NCBI GenBank assembly: GCA_035193785.1
Contig: CP136572.1
Location: forward strand, 2,164,578-2,228,577
Direction: 5' to 3'
DNA from: Planktothrix sp. GU0601_MAG3
GTDB lineage: Bacteria; Cyanobacteriota; Cyanobacteriia; Cyanobacteriales; Microcoleaceae
DNA length: 64,000 bases
In this document: in pieces, positions 1-11,458 of the stretch
Layout: each line of letters begins with the position of its first letter
Position numbering within the stretch: position 1 is the stretch's first letter
The notes under the pieces: generated by a model
Seen by the model: the letters and a program-made list of their open reading frames with translations, nothing else
What the model was told of the DNA's origin: nothing
Databases searched by the model: none
Position numbers and translations under genes: made by a program

Positions 1-69
1 CGTTCTTTAGGTCAGGATGTCACCGTTTTAGGTCGTAACTAATCGGCGATCGCTCACAACAATTAGGGC

Positions 70-1654
70 TTAAAAAACTAGGGGGATAGCTGTAGATAAA
101 CAATAGTTTTCCCAACTCTTAAAGGGTTGAATTTCTGTTTCTTGATTGAGAACATCCACCACACGATCATAAATTTCTTGCGCCTGTTCGGGAGAATCAC
201 CAATACAAGTTAATCCTAACTTTCCATAACGAGATAAACACCCCATTAAGTGAAAAACCGTTCCCGTTTCCGTACTACTATCAAAATGCAATTGATGATT
301 AACAATAATATCCATTAAATCATTAGGCAGTAATCCCTGATACTTTTTATCTTGCAAATTATCCGAAGCAATATAAAATTTAGGCTGGGATTTTTGACTA
401 TAAAATAACCCAGTTTGTAAATCATAATACCCATTGGTTAATAACTTTAAAGTCATAAACGGATGGGTGGTTCCCCCTCGACGCAGGTTAATTTCTATCG
501 CCTGTAAATCCCAATCTAAACTGTCCGGTTGATAGACCGCCACAAAATCTACACCAAACCGTTCTAATGCCCCTTTGTTCGCTAAATTGTGACCAATTTT
601 TTCTCCCATTTCTTGCAGTTGTAATCGATAGGCGGCTTGGGCTGGAAATCGACAACCTTGGAAAATTTGACCATCGGGGCCCCCTAAAATTTGGTCATGG
701 GTGGAGATAATGTTAGTTTTGCCATTGGGAGTAATTTCACACTGAACACTCGGAGATTCTTTGATCTTCCCTTCAATAAAAACCTCTACAATTGCCCCCA
801 ATTCAGAAATGCGATCGCGAAAGGTTTCCCCGGTTTCATTCGGGGCTTGAAAACTTAATTTATTCCAGTAGTTTTTGAGAATTTTTGCCCTTTCCTGTGG
901 GTTTAAATCTTGCAGAGGTCTTAAATCTAATAGGGCATTTCCTTCTCCAGAAAATCCCTGATTTAGTTTAACTACAATGCGGTTTAAGTTCGGTTGACGA
1001 CTCCATAATTCCAAGGTTACTTCTGTTAATTCTTCAGTATTAAAAACTAAACCACTACCGTCGGGATGGGGAATACCTGCTTCAGCAAATATTTGCCGAC
1101 TGCCACTTTTAGTTCCCCAATAATTTAAGTCAGGATCAACCCCAAATAATGGGATATCTAATTGTACGGATAATTCCCGTTCTAAGGCAGTAGAATTAAA
1201 ACAAATCATATAGGATTGATTTGGTCTTAAAACTTGATGAATTCGGGAAATTAAACGGGGACGTTCTAAAATTTTTTGGGTTAAGGGTTTGGGGGAAGTA
1301 TCATAGGTTGAAAACAGCAATAAACGATCCCGAATATGACTAATAGGAATTCCGGGCATTAGGTGTAAATAATAATCAATAACCGTAGGGTGAATAGGTT
1401 GGGAAGACACATAAATTAACCGCATTCTAGGATTGCGTAATCGAATTAAAGAAAACAGTAATCGTTCTTCATACTGATGGGCACCCGGAATTTTTTCTAA
1501 CTGGTGACTATCTAAACTTAACGACGGAATCACAATGACATCCTGATCTTCTAATTCCTGATCACTTAAAGTTTGAAAGCGTTGCCGAAGTTGAGTTTGC
1601 AGTTTCTCTAAACCGTTGAATTGTCTTTTCCTGGGAGTGATGCAATACAACCAT
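70..1654 (-). CDS. PGM1-related ATP-grasp peptide ligase family protein
   Basis: Pre-ATP-grasp region (YEERLLF..LLR), VVKLNQGFSGEGNA, SPSVQ, FGVDF and AIEINLRRGGTTHP motifs. ATG at 1654 becomes in frame after removing one base at GTTTC 1602-1606. Confidence 0.8.
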
Positions 1655-1739
1655 AACTCTAACCTATTGAACCTGATATCTCCATATTAGTTCAGAGGAT
1701 TAACCGGATAGCAGTTTCGAGAATAATTGCAAGATTTTG

Positions 1740-3362
1740 TTACTTGAGTTCCCAGAGTCGTGATTTTTGATCTACTTTTTCTACTTTTTCTAATTGATAG
1801 TTTTCATTTTTAATGGTTTGGAGTAATTCCTCAGAGGGGTTAAGAACAAAAACCTTTGGCCCTATGGGGAGTAATAATAGATTCGGTTCGGAATTGACCA
1901 TCATTAGTTTAATATCGGGGTTTAATTCATAACTCAGAGAAATAATATTACCTAAATTTGTATAATAACTCCCATGATCAACGATGAGAGTGGCGGATTT
2001 ATTTTGATTTAATTGTTGGACAATTTGAGGATTTTCATAACTGGGAATTTGATGCCACCAGCTTTGAGAGTTAGCACTAATACTAATAGAAATTAAGCTA
2101 AATGTAAAAACGATGGCTAGGAGCGATCGCCAAAATATTTCTCCATCAATTAAGGAGTTTTTATTACTTTTAATATGGGTAGAAAACAAATAGGCAACGG
2201 CTAATTGAACGGCGGGAAAACAGGAAATCAAAAAGCGGGTTACCCCGGAACGTCCTCCCCCTAAAAGCACATCGGGTAAGGCCAATATTGAAAAGGGAAC
2301 TAAAATGGATGTCCAAATAAATAGGCGGGTTTTTTGATTAGTTTGTTGACTAATTTGAAATAATGCCACCAGAATTAATATTACAAAAGGAAGTCTGAGT
2401 AAATACATCTGAATACTGTCGAAATCGAAATTGATATCAACAAATAAAGCGGTAAAACTCAAAATCCAAAACTTGCTTAAATTGAGTAAACTGATGAAAT
2501 TGCTTGACCAGTTTGTAACATCCATCGCCCGTTGTAAATTATTGATTAAAATAATTAACCAAGGACTAAAAGCTAGAATTGAGATCGCAACAGACCCTAA
2601 AAATTCTAATAATAACTGAGAAAAAGGAAAGCGTTTTCGTTTTCTAAAAGATTGTGAAGACTCCATACTCAATAACAGAATATAAGCCCCATGACCAATT
2701 ATTGTTAACCCGAATAAAACATGGGTATAGAGTCCAAAAATACAGGCTAAACTATAACCCGCCCAAAATAGCGGATGTCTCCAACGAATTGCTTTGAGTA
2801 AGGCATAACCACTAGCAATCACCAGTAAGGTTAGCAAACTATATTGTCGAGCAGTTTGAGCAAATAAAATATCAAAGGGAGATAGGGCTAAAAAAGCCGT
2901 AGCTAGTAAAGCGGTTTGGGAAGATTGAAATAATTCCCAAGCCAATAAATACATAAAAGGCAGGGAAATCAAACTAATTAAAGCCGGTAAAACCCGAGAA
3001 GCAATAATGGAATGACCAAACAAAAACATCCAGACCCGGGCTAATAAAAAATAAAAGGGAGAATGTTGAGGATCTTCTGTGGCTAGAGAATTGAGGGTAT
3101 CTAGGGGGGTGCTATTGGGTTTCAGTTGTTGATATTTGAGCAGATCAATGGGGAAAACGATACGATTTTGATAAAATTCCTGGGCAAATTCTTGACCCGT
3201 ATATCCAGCGGCCCGCAAGGTAGTATAAACTTCATCATGCCAATAGATTTTTCCATCTAAAGCCACAAACCGAAAGGCAACACCAATAACAATAACAACA
3301 ATTAAAAATAACCTCAAAATTTGGGGGCGAATTCTTTTGAAAAAGTTCCATAGACGGGGCAT
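1740..3362 (-). CDS. Glycosyltransferase family 39 (PMT/ArnT-like GT-C membrane protein)
   Basis: YWHDEVYT, EDPQHSPFYF and AQTARQYSL motifs; many TM helices. Confidence 0.8.
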   Translation of the reverse strand: MPRLWNFFKRIRPQILRLFLIVVIVIGVAFRFVALDGKIYWHDEVYTTLRAAGYTGQEFAQEFYQNRIVFPIDLLKYQQLKPNSTPLDTLNSLATEDPQHSPFYFLLARVWMFLFGHSIIASRVLPALISLISLPFMYLLAWELFQSSQTALLATAFLALSPFDILFAQTARQYSLLTLLVIASGYALLKAIRWRHPLFWAGYSLACIFGLYTHVLFGLTIIGHGAYILLLSMESSQSFRKRKRFPFSQLLLEFLGSVAISILAFSPWLIILINNLQRAMDVTNWSSNFISLLNLSKFWILSFTALFVDINFDFDSIQMYLLRLPFVILILVALFQISQQTNQKTRLFIWTSILVPFSILALPDVLLGGGRSGVTRFLISCFPAVQLAVAYLFSTHIKSNKNSLIDGEIFWRSLLAIVFTFSLISISISANSQSWWHQIPSYENPQIVQQLNQNKSATLIVDHGSYYTNLGNIISLSYELNPDIKLMMVNSEPNLLLLPIGPKVFVLNPSEELLQTIKNENYQLEKVEKVDQKSRLWELK

Positions 3363-3418
3363 AACATCCGTTTAAATTAAGTTTGATTTTATAAAATTTA
3401 ATCTTAAAGCTGCTGACT

Positions 3419-3442
3419 AAAAAAGCAGGGGGACTCCCTGCT
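3419..3442 (-). terminator. Intrinsic terminator downstream of rbcS
   Basis: AGCAGGG-ggact-CCCTGCT hairpin followed by a U-tract on the minus strand. Confidence 0.6.
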
Positions 3443-3535
3443 CAAGTTTGGCTCAAGTTTCTAAAATAGTTTTCAGAAATTAGCGAGTTAGGGGATGATT
3501 CATGTCGCCCTAACCCATTTAATTTCAAACCCTAC

Positions 3536-3871
3536 TTAGTATAAAGAGCTACTGGGTTTGTGGACGATGAAGCTTAACACTTGGCATTGCTTCACGTTAT
3601 CAAAACCCATCACACGGATATAGGATTTAGAATTTTCTTGACGGCAAGCTTGAACTTCATTCAACACTTCTTGAGAAGTAGTGGCATTGAACAAAGGCAG
3701 TTTCCACAGTGTCCAATAATGTTGGGTGGGTTCGGAAGATTCACTAAATTCCACACCGGGGATATATCCTTGATCCAGAATATATTGGACTTGCTTGACG
3801 ATTTGAGCATCGCTCAAGGGAGGAAGATAGGATAACGTTTCAAAACGACGTTCTTTTGGTAATGTCCGCAT
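3536..3871 (-). CDS. rbcS: RuBisCO small subunit
   Basis: [19 protein letters not shown]...[10 protein letters not shown]...YIRVMGFDN. Confidence 0.98.
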   Translation of the reverse strand: MRTLPKERRFETLSYLPPLSDAQIVKQVQYILDQGYIPGVEFSESSEPTQHYWTLWKLPLFNATTSQEVLNEVQACRQENSKSYIRVMGFDNVKQCQVLSFIVHKPSSSLY

Positions 3872-3937
3872 TGTTGTTTCTAAAGTTAAATCCACTAAAG
3901 GTTAATAGGCGATCGCAGTGGTCATCATCCTTGAAAA

Positions 3938-4342
3938 TCACCGCAGGTCGGGGTTCGGTTCCGAGTCCGTTTGTAATTCGATCTCCGGGTTAGATTCAAC
4001 ACTACTCAGTTGCGTAATTCGTTCTAAATACTGACGCCGATAATCTATATTGGCTTTTTGAATATTTTCACGAACCATTTCCGGTAAATAATCAGAAACT
4101 TCCTGTACGAGATGTTCCCGTACCGTCATAATCCGAAACGCCATCTCATGACTTTCTTGGAGCATTTCTTGTAGATAGGCTTCTCCGTCCTGAATTTTCC
4201 CGGTTGAGGAAAACTCACTCAGCCAGATCGCTTGTCCAGGGTTCGTTTCCCGTAGTTGATTCGTGATAATTCTTACAGCCTGATAGGTCAGGTAACTTGC
4301 CAGCACCTTTGATGTTTCTTTCGCAACTTGTTTGATGTCCAT
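3938..4342 (-). CDS. rbcX: RuBisCO assembly chaperone RbcX
   Basis: SYLTYQAVR..QLRETNP and RIMTVREHL motifs; lies between rbcL and rbcS. Confidence 0.97.
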   Translation of the reverse strand: MDIKQVAKETSKVLASYLTYQAVRIITNQLRETNPGQAIWLSEFSSTGKIQDGEAYLQEMLQESHEMAFRIMTVREHLVQEVSDYLPEMVRENIQKANIDYRRQYLERITQLSSVESNPEIELQTDSEPNPDLR

Positions 4343-4367
4343 AGGCTGACCCTAACCCTCTTGATTA

Positions 4368-4470
4368 TGGATTTAGATTTTAGATTTTGGATTGAGTTGT
4401 AACCACAACCGACCTGATTTGTCAAGTCTTACCCAAAATCCAAAATCTTCAATCTTCAATCCTCAATCTG
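4368..4470. repeat. Inverted heptamer (STRR-like) tracts in the rbcL-rbcX spacer
   Basis: (gatttta/gattttg)n facing (caaaatc/ttcaatc)n. Confidence 0.55.
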
Positions 4471-4477
4471 GAATCAA

Positions 4478-5909
4478 TTAGACGGTATCCATTGACTCGA
4501 ACTCAAACTTGATTTCTTTCCAGAGTTCGCAAGCAACGGCCAGTTTCAGGAGACCATTTGCAAGCTTCACGGATAACGTCGCCGCCTTCACGCATGAGGT
4601 TGCGACCTTCGTTACGCGCTTGAACACAAGCTTCCAGGGCCACACGGTTAGCGGTAGCACCAGGAGCATTACCCCAGGGGTGTCCGAGGGTTCCACCACC
4701 GAACTGTAAGCAAGAGTCATCGCCGAAGATTTCCACCAGGGCGGGCATGTGCCAAACGTGAATCCCACCGGAAGCCACGGGCATAACACCAGGCATAGAA
4801 GCCCAATCTTGGGTGAAGTAGATACCACGAGAGCGATCGACTTCCACGTGATCTTCACGCATCAAGTCAACGAAGCCCATGGTGATGCCTTTTTCCCCTT
4901 CGAGTTTACCCACAACGGTACCGGAGTGCAGGTGGTCACCACCAGACATCCGTAAGCATTTGGCTAACACACGGAAGTGAATCCCATGATTTTTTTGACG
5001 GTCAATCACAGCGTGCATAGCACGGTGGATGTGAAGTAACACGCCATTGCGACGACACCATTTGGCCAAGGTGGTATTAGCAGTGAAACCACCTGTCAGG
5101 TAGTCGTGCATGATGATCGGGGTTTTGATTTCTTTAGCGAACTCAGCCCGTTCCATCATTTCTTCGCAGGTGGGGGCGGTCACGTTTAAGTAGTGGCCTT
5201 TGATTTCCCCGGTTTCTGCTTGAGCTTTTTCGATGGCTTCTTGAACAAACAGGAAGCGATCGCGCCAGCGCATAAAAGGCTGGGAGTTGATGTTTTCGTC
5301 GTCTTTGGTGAAGTCTAAACCACCGCGTAAGCACTCATAGACGGCGCGGCCATAGTTTTTGGCAGACAGACCGAGTTTAGGCTTAATCGTACAGCCGAGG
5401 AGAGGACGACCGTATTTGTTTAATTTATCGCGCTCAACGGTAATCCCGTGAGGAGGGCCTTGGAAGGTTTTCAGGTAAGCGATGGGGATGCGTAAATCTT
5501 CTAAACGCAGTGACCGCAGGGCTTTGAAACCAAACACGTTACCGACTAAAGAGGTCAGTAAGTTGGTGACAGAACCTTCCTCAAACAGATCCAGAGGATA
5601 GGCGACGTAGCAAATATATTGGTTATCTTCACCGGGAACGGGTTCGACTTCATAACAACGACCTTTATAGCGGTCGAGGTCAGTCAGTAAGTCCGTCCAC
5701 ACCGTTGTCCAAGTTCCAGTCGAGGATTCAGCAGCAACAGCAGCGCCAGCTTCTTCCGGGGGTACTCCAGGTTGAGGACTCATCCGAAAAGCAGCCAGAA
5801 CGTCTGTATCTTTTGGTGTATAGTCAGGCGTGTAATAGGTCAGTTTATAGTCCTGTACACCAGCTTTATAGCCAGATTTGGACTTGGTTTGTGTTTGAGA
5901 GTAAGACAT
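4478..5909 (-). CDS. rbcL: RuBisCO large subunit (form IB); apparent +1 frameshift at 4543-4547
   Basis: [16 protein letters not shown]; the C-terminus [21 protein letters not shown] is restored by deleting one T of GTTTC. Confidence 0.99.
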
Positions 5910-6460
5910 ATCTCCCTTAAAGCTCCCTTTGTTTAGGAATCGATTATTTTATGCACGGATTGGCAATTGATTAAAATAGTATCAAGAAACGAGTCATTGC
6001 AACGTTGAATCTTTTTAATATTTTTATAACATTTGTTTATATTTCTTCGTATTTTGGAATATTTCCCTCAGATCCTGGTGGTTTTTTCGCTTACATACCA
6101 CTAAAACGACTTTTTTTATATTAAGTCTTATGAAATAAATTTTGATTAACAGAATAAGTGATTTTACTTAACTATTTTTTGAAATTTGGATTGCATAATC
6201 ATAGTCAGTTGTCAAGCAGAACATCATCGGTAATTTCAGATTTCCAATTAAAGTTAGGCCAGGGAAATTGAGTCTTGCCTACTTAGGATAGGTAACAGTT
6301 TTATCCCCGATTTTAACTTTCAAGCTCTATAAATAGTCTAAAGTCTATAGTAAATTTATTAGCAATTGATTTAAGTCAATCATAACAAAACCGGGCTATG
6401 GGTGAAACTGTTCGTTAAGATGGTTATTAACGCAATACCACTGAGTGTTTATCGCCCATT

Positions 6461-8214
6461 GTGACCCCACCCACCATCCATTGTATTAATCCCCAATGCT
6501 CCCACCCCTCAAATCAACCTTGGGGGAATAAATTTTGTCAGAGTTGTGGCGCCCCCCTACAACTGAACCAACGCTATATTCCCTTACACAATTTAGGAAA
6601 CCGGGGGATTTTCCCGTCTTTATACCGTCTGGGATCTCAAAGCCCAAACCGAAAAAGTCCTGAAAGTCCTGGTGGAACCCTCCCCGAAGGCCCTAGAACT
6701 CTTTGAACACGAAGCGGCGGTTTTAGCCCAATTACGCCATCCAGGAGTTCCTCGGGTCGAAGCCGATGGCTATTTTTATTTAAAAAAACGTCATGGCTCC
6801 GAAGGCCATCTCCCCTGTTTGGTGATGGAAAAAATTAATGGCCCCACCCTACAGGAAATTTTAGGGCAATATCCCCAGGGCTGTCCCGAAGACTGGGTGA
6901 TCAGTTGGCTATCCCAAGCCTTAGATATATTGAGAGAATTGCACGGCTATCAAATTATTCATCGAGACATTAAACCCTCAAACGTTATGTTGCGGGTGAC
7001 ACCCGGCGGCAAGGGGGGACAAGTTTCGGACACCCAATTGGTGATGATTGACTTTGGAGGCGCCAAACAAATTGGCCCTGTCCCCCATAGCGATCGCGAA
7101 ACCAGTCCCCGCAGTAGCACCCGCCTAATTTCCGCCGGATATAGTCCCCCGGAACAGGTGATGGGGGCGATGGTCGGGCCAGCAACGGATTTCTACGCCT
7201 TGGGACGCACCTGTATTCATTTATTAACGGGTCAATTTCCCGGGGACTTAGATGATGCTTACACTGGGGAATTGCGTTGGCGAGAAAAAGCCCTGGTCAG
7301 TGCCGGGTTTGCTAATTTATTAGAGCGCATGGTGCAACTCGACCCCCGCCAACGTCCCCAAACCGCTAAGGAAATTCAAACGGACATCTTTAGAATTATT
7401 CGACAGAAAAAACATCCTCGACGGATGATGTCTTCCCATCAACGGTTTCTTTGAGCATCTGACAACGACTTTAATTCAATGGGATCAAAGATTAATTAAA
7501 CTGTTTTTGGGAATCGGAAAATTAACCATACATTCTGTTCGGGGTTTAGTTGAAACCAGTTGGGAAATTGCCTTATCTGGAACAGGATCGATTGTCGGAA
7601 CAGTAATTGGATCAATATTAATTTATTTCCCTGGGTTAAGGTTAGGAAAAACCATTACCGTTATTTTAGCGCATGAATTACCAGAAATTTTGCCTAATGT
7701 TCCCCTAACTTTAGGCGCGGAAGTGTTAGTTTGGGGATTAGCTGGATTAGGAGCAGGAATTGGATTAACCGATGCGGGGGGGTTTGGTCAACGTCGCCGT
7801 TATTTTTTAGCTGGAATCATGGGAATGTTAGGCTATATTGTGGGGGGAGCCAGTGAACAACTGATCAACAATTTAAAAAATATAGGTCTTCAGGGATGGG
7901 AATTAGAATTGTTTAATCAACTCCCTTTCGGAATAGCCGCCGGGTTAGTAACTTTAGGTTTAGGATTACGCAATGATCAAATATTTCAGGGGATTTTTGT
8001 TTTATTAACCGTTACTACCCTATTTTTTGGTTTTAATCAATTTGATATTTTGCCTCCAGAACTGTTAAAGTTTCCTACCGAAATGCAAGATCCTAATTTA
8101 TCCCAATTTTGGCACAATTTAGGATTTATGGCATTACTCAGTGGCACAACAGCTTTCTGTTTAGGAATAACTCACTATTTCATTCTTCCCCTATTTCGAT
8201 GGATCAGAAATTAG
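6461..8214 (+). CDS. Hanks-type Ser/Thr kinase with N-terminal 4-Cys zinc-ribbon prefix and C-terminal TM domain (two apparent frameshifts)
   Basis: CINPQC..FCQSCG prefix; LGTGGF restored at 6597; HRDIKPSN, DFG and GYSPPEQ; second join at 7445. Confidence 0.88.
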
Positions 8215-8230
8215 TTATAGTTTTCAGATT

Positions 8231-8283
8231 CCGACAGATTGAAATCTGTCGCTACACAGACGAAACCCGCCGACGCGGGTTTT
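8231..8283. repeat. Palindromic REP-like element between convergent genes
   Basis: CGACAGATT-gaa-ATCTGTCG hairpin plus AAACCCGC-cgac-GCGGGTTT hairpin. Confidence 0.6.
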
Positions 8284-8332
8284 GAAATCAAATATTCCTC
8301 ACTAGATTATATAGTTTAACTACCAAACTATT

Positions 8333-9178
8333 TTATTTCTTTTTAATTTCAGCTTTTGGAGATTTATCAGGAATAGTATATTTTAATTCCCCATCTTTTT
8401 GAACTTCCAATTTAACTCCTAATTTAATTAATTCTTGAATTGCTCTTTTTCTAACTAGCTTATCTTGTGTAGCACTATAAACCATCAACCAAGATTGAAT
8501 GCGGATTAATTTATTATCAGGATTTTTTCTTAAAGCCTCAGCAAATTCGCGTAAACGAGGGGAAAAGCCTTGATCCGGTGTTCCTTCTACCCACTTTGCT
8601 GCCATCTCATGGGATTTAATTGAAGCCTGAGTATCACCAATTAATAATAATTCATCAATGCCTTTGACTCTCCAAACTACCCAAGATTGAGGATTTTTTT
8701 CTGGGGAAATAGATTTCAACCCCCTATCTATCAATTTAACAGTTAAATCAGGTCTGGCTTGGTAAAAAGAAACCGATGTAGATAGAAAATTGTACATTTC
8801 TACCCAAAGAGGATCGTGAGTAACTATGACCTCAAAATAATCATCTAACAGTTCATAATCTGTTTGCTCACGCGCTAAATCATCCCCAAAATATTGCAGA
8901 AAATTTAAAAATGTCCAATCCGCCACCAAATTCCCATAACCCAATGTGGGGAGTTTTTGAAGTAATCCTAACCGCGCCGCCTCCCGCTCTTTCGCTCGTT
9001 GGGCTGCGATCTTAGCTTCCTTATCCAGTTGTTTTGTTGGCACGCGAGAAAGTTCTAAGCCACCCGCAGCATAGAGTTGTATGGTGATAATACCGACTAA
9101 GGCAATTCCAGCGATCGCCATCGGCATCAGGAAAGACAATCCTTTTGGCAAAGCAGACTTAACTAAAAGATGAACCAC
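8333..9178 (-). CDS. Conserved hypothetical membrane-anchored helical protein
   Basis: 281-aa ORF with an N-terminal TM segment and a GYGNLVADWTFLNFLQYFGD motif; start codon uncertain. Confidence 0.65.
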   Translation of the reverse strand: MVHLLVKSALPKGLSFLMPMAIAGIALVGIITIQLYAAGGLELSRVPTKQLDKEAKIAAQRAKEREAARLGLLQKLPTLGYGNLVADWTFLNFLQYFGDDLAREQTDYELLDDYFEVIVTHDPLWVEMYNFLSTSVSFYQARPDLTVKLIDRGLKSISPEKNPQSWVVWRVKGIDELLLIGDTQASIKSHEMAAKWVEGTPDQGFSPRLREFAEALRKNPDNKLIRIQSWLMVYSATQDKLVRKRAIQELIKLGVKLEVQKDGELKYTIPDKSPKAEIKKK

Positions 9179-9355
9179 AATTTTTGCTAAAACTCCTGGA
9201 GTCCCGGCAATAATATCATGAATTTTTTCACCAGATTTGAAAAACTCAAGTTAGACTTTTATTGCAGGTGTAATCGGTCGGGAGTGATAGTTTTATCTAT
9301 CATTAACGGCAAACCCGCCCATCTAATTATACCTCAAGCTATAATCAGAGCAGAA

Positions 9356-11458
9356 GTGCGAGACGTTCTTGCCAAAGTCTAGGGTTAAACCCCGAAACGT
9401 AAGCAAGGAGGTAGGTTCAGACAACTGGTATATGGCGTCAAATCCACTAATAAAACCAGTCAAGCCTGTCTTAACTTTGGAAATGTGACCTTAAAGGAAG
9501 GTCAATCTCGGAGTCAATGGTGCGGCTTACCGAACATCATAATACGGTAGCCAAAACCAAAGAGATTCGGCAATTCCCACAGTGCCAGACTGATTATCAA
9601 AACACTGAAGCTGGGAATATCGGGAAATCGGGCATAAGTCAAATGCTTAAGTAGTTTCCCTATCCAATTGCCCAAGAATAACTCAAGTGAACATCCGTCT
9701 TGAACTGTCGTAATGATTAAGTAGCGAAATTGACTTGATCACGCTGCGTTCAAAAGAACAAGGAGAAAAGATAGAAGTTTCTATATACTTCTATAAAAGG
9801 TAAGGTTTTTTTCTGCGACACTTACTAAGACTCCCAAAAGTACCCCGGCAGATAGGATGATTCTAAAGGCAATAATCCCATTTTTCAAGGAACGTCAAAA
9901 CTCCTCATTAACTCCTACAGAGATCGAATACTGTTAGGTAGCCACAAATCTAAGGCGGATGTTATGAGGGGGAGAGATGGATTCTGAAGCTAATGCCTAA
10001 ATGTAATGTTGAGGATACGCTGATAGATTCCGGTTTAGTTGTTAGGTAAAGTCTCAATTAGCAGTATAAACGGTGAAAACGAGTTTTAAGACTACGGAAA
10101 CATGGAATACAATCAACTGGGCGAAAGTTCAAAGGAAAGTATTCAAGCTGCAAAAACGAATTTACCAGGCATCATTATCGGGACAAAATGCGACAGCACG
10201 GAAGCTCCAAAAACTTCTAGTTAAGTCATACTACGCCAAACTCTTATCCATAAGAAGGGTAACTCAAGATAATCAAGGCAAGAGAACAGCCGGGGTAGAT
10301 GGGGTCAAATCCATCACACCCAAACAACGATTAGAACTTGCCCAAAACTTGAATAAACACCAAAAGGCGAAACCCCTCCGACGGAAATGGATACCCAAAC
10401 CCAACGGAGAAAAACGCCCTCTAGGAATCCCGACCATAGAAGACAGAGCTAGGCAAGCCTTGGTAAAAGCTGCATTAGAGCCACAATGGGAAGCCAGATT
10501 CGAGGGTGAAAGCTACGGATTCAGACCTGGACGTTCTACCCATGACGCAATGTCACGAATCTTTCAAGGCATCAATAAGGGTGAATACTACATCCTGGAT
10601 GCTGATATCTCAAAATGCTTTGACCAGATTAACCATGAATACCTACTGTCTAAAATAGATTGTCCATCAACAATGAAAGCCCAAATCAAACAATGGTTAA
10701 AAGCTGGAGTTATGGACAACGGCATATTTAACGCAACAGAGGCAGGCACTCCACAAGGAGGAGTCATCAGTCCTCTACTTGCTAACATCGCACTGGATGG
10801 AATGATTAGGCTCATTGATAACAAATTCCCTAAAAAGAAAGGTTGTCTTGTAGCCAAAGTTATCAGATATGCCGATGACTTTGTTGTAATAAGTCCACAA
10901 CTAGAAGTTATTCAACAGTGCCAAATTGTCATCGAAGAATGGTTAAAACCGATAGGGTTAGAACTGAAACCAGCAAAAACCCGAATATGCCACACACTAA
11001 AAGAAATTGAAGTTAAAGGCGAAAAGGTAGCACCAGGATTCGACTTTCTAGGATGGAATTTCCGACAATACCCAGTTGGTAAACACCACTCTGGGAAAAC
11101 AGGAAGTATAAATTCCAAATTAATAGGATTCAAAACCCTAATCAAACCTAGTAAGAAGGCAATTAAAGCTCACGCGGATAAGGTAAAGCAAGTGATTAAA
11201 ACCCACAAAACTGCACCCCAATACGCATTAATTAAACGCCTAAATCCGATAATTAGAGGATGGTGTAACTACCATTCCAAAGTCGTTTCTAAAGAAACGT
11301 TCTCCTCTATGGACAATATTAACTGGCAAAGATTAAGAGCATGGACAGTCAGCCGATGCGGAAAGGCAAATTACGGGAAACTGAAAAACTATTTCAGGAG
11401 AGACGGCAACAAGGCATGGAGTTTTGAAACCAAAGATGGTTATAAACTACACAATTAG
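9356..11458 (+). mobile_element. Group IIB (chloroplast-like class) intron, 3'-truncated: domains I-IV present, V/VI not found
   Basis: GTGCG 5' end at 9356; DI closing stem GACGTTCTT/AAGGAACGTC; DII CTCCTCAT...ATGAGGGGGAG; EBS1 TTCTGC at 9811-9816 complementary to exon GCAGAA at 9350-9355; no DV hairpin after the ORF. Confidence 0.85.
10073..11458 (+). CDS. ltrA: Group II intron reverse transcriptase/maturase lacking C-terminal D/HNH domains
   Basis: WNTINW N-terminus, TAGVDG, RPLGIPT..DR, SYGFRPGRS, GTPQGG..SPLLANI, YADD, FDFLG and X domain LNPIIRGWCNY; ends abruptly at YKLHN*. Confidence 0.93.
   Translation: MKTSFKTTETWNTINWAKVQRKVFKLQKRIYQASLSGQNATARKLQKLLVKSYYAKLLSIRRVTQDNQGKRTAGVDGVKSITPKQRLELAQNLNKHQKAKPLRRKWIPKPNGEKRPLGIPTIEDRARQALVKAALEPQWEARFEGESYGFRPGRSTHDAMSRIFQGINKGEYYILDADISKCFDQINHEYLLSKIDCPSTMKAQIKQWLKAGVMDNGIFNATEAGTPQGGVISPLLANIALDGMIRLIDNKFPKKKGCLVAKVIRYADDFVVISPQLEVIQQCQIVIEEWLKPIGLELKPAKTRICHTLKEIEVKGEKVAPGFDFLGWNFRQYPVGKHHSGKTGSINSKLIGFKTLIKPSKKAIKAHADKVKQVIKTHKTAPQYALIKRLNPIIRGWCNYHSKVVSKETFSSMDNINWQRLRAWTVSRCGKANYGKLKNYFRRDGNKAWSFETKDGYKLHN

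Noticed and set aside
7..17. TTAGGTCAGGA also present at the intron breakpoint (~11455-11465)
   Set aside because: An 11-nt match somewhere within 64 kb can arise by chance, and nothing else supports a rearrangement.
4509..5920. Antisense or alternative-frame ORFs over rbcL and other genes (e.g. 10588-, 29445+, 33569+, 44026-, 62820+)
   Set aside because: Shadow ORFs from codon bias or repeats opposite well-supported genes.
10073..11458. Retron, DGR or CRISPR-associated RT
   Set aside because: It has a group II RT0 region, PQG, YADD and X domain plus intron RNA domains; I saw no TR/VR pair, msr-msd, VTG motif or cas1.
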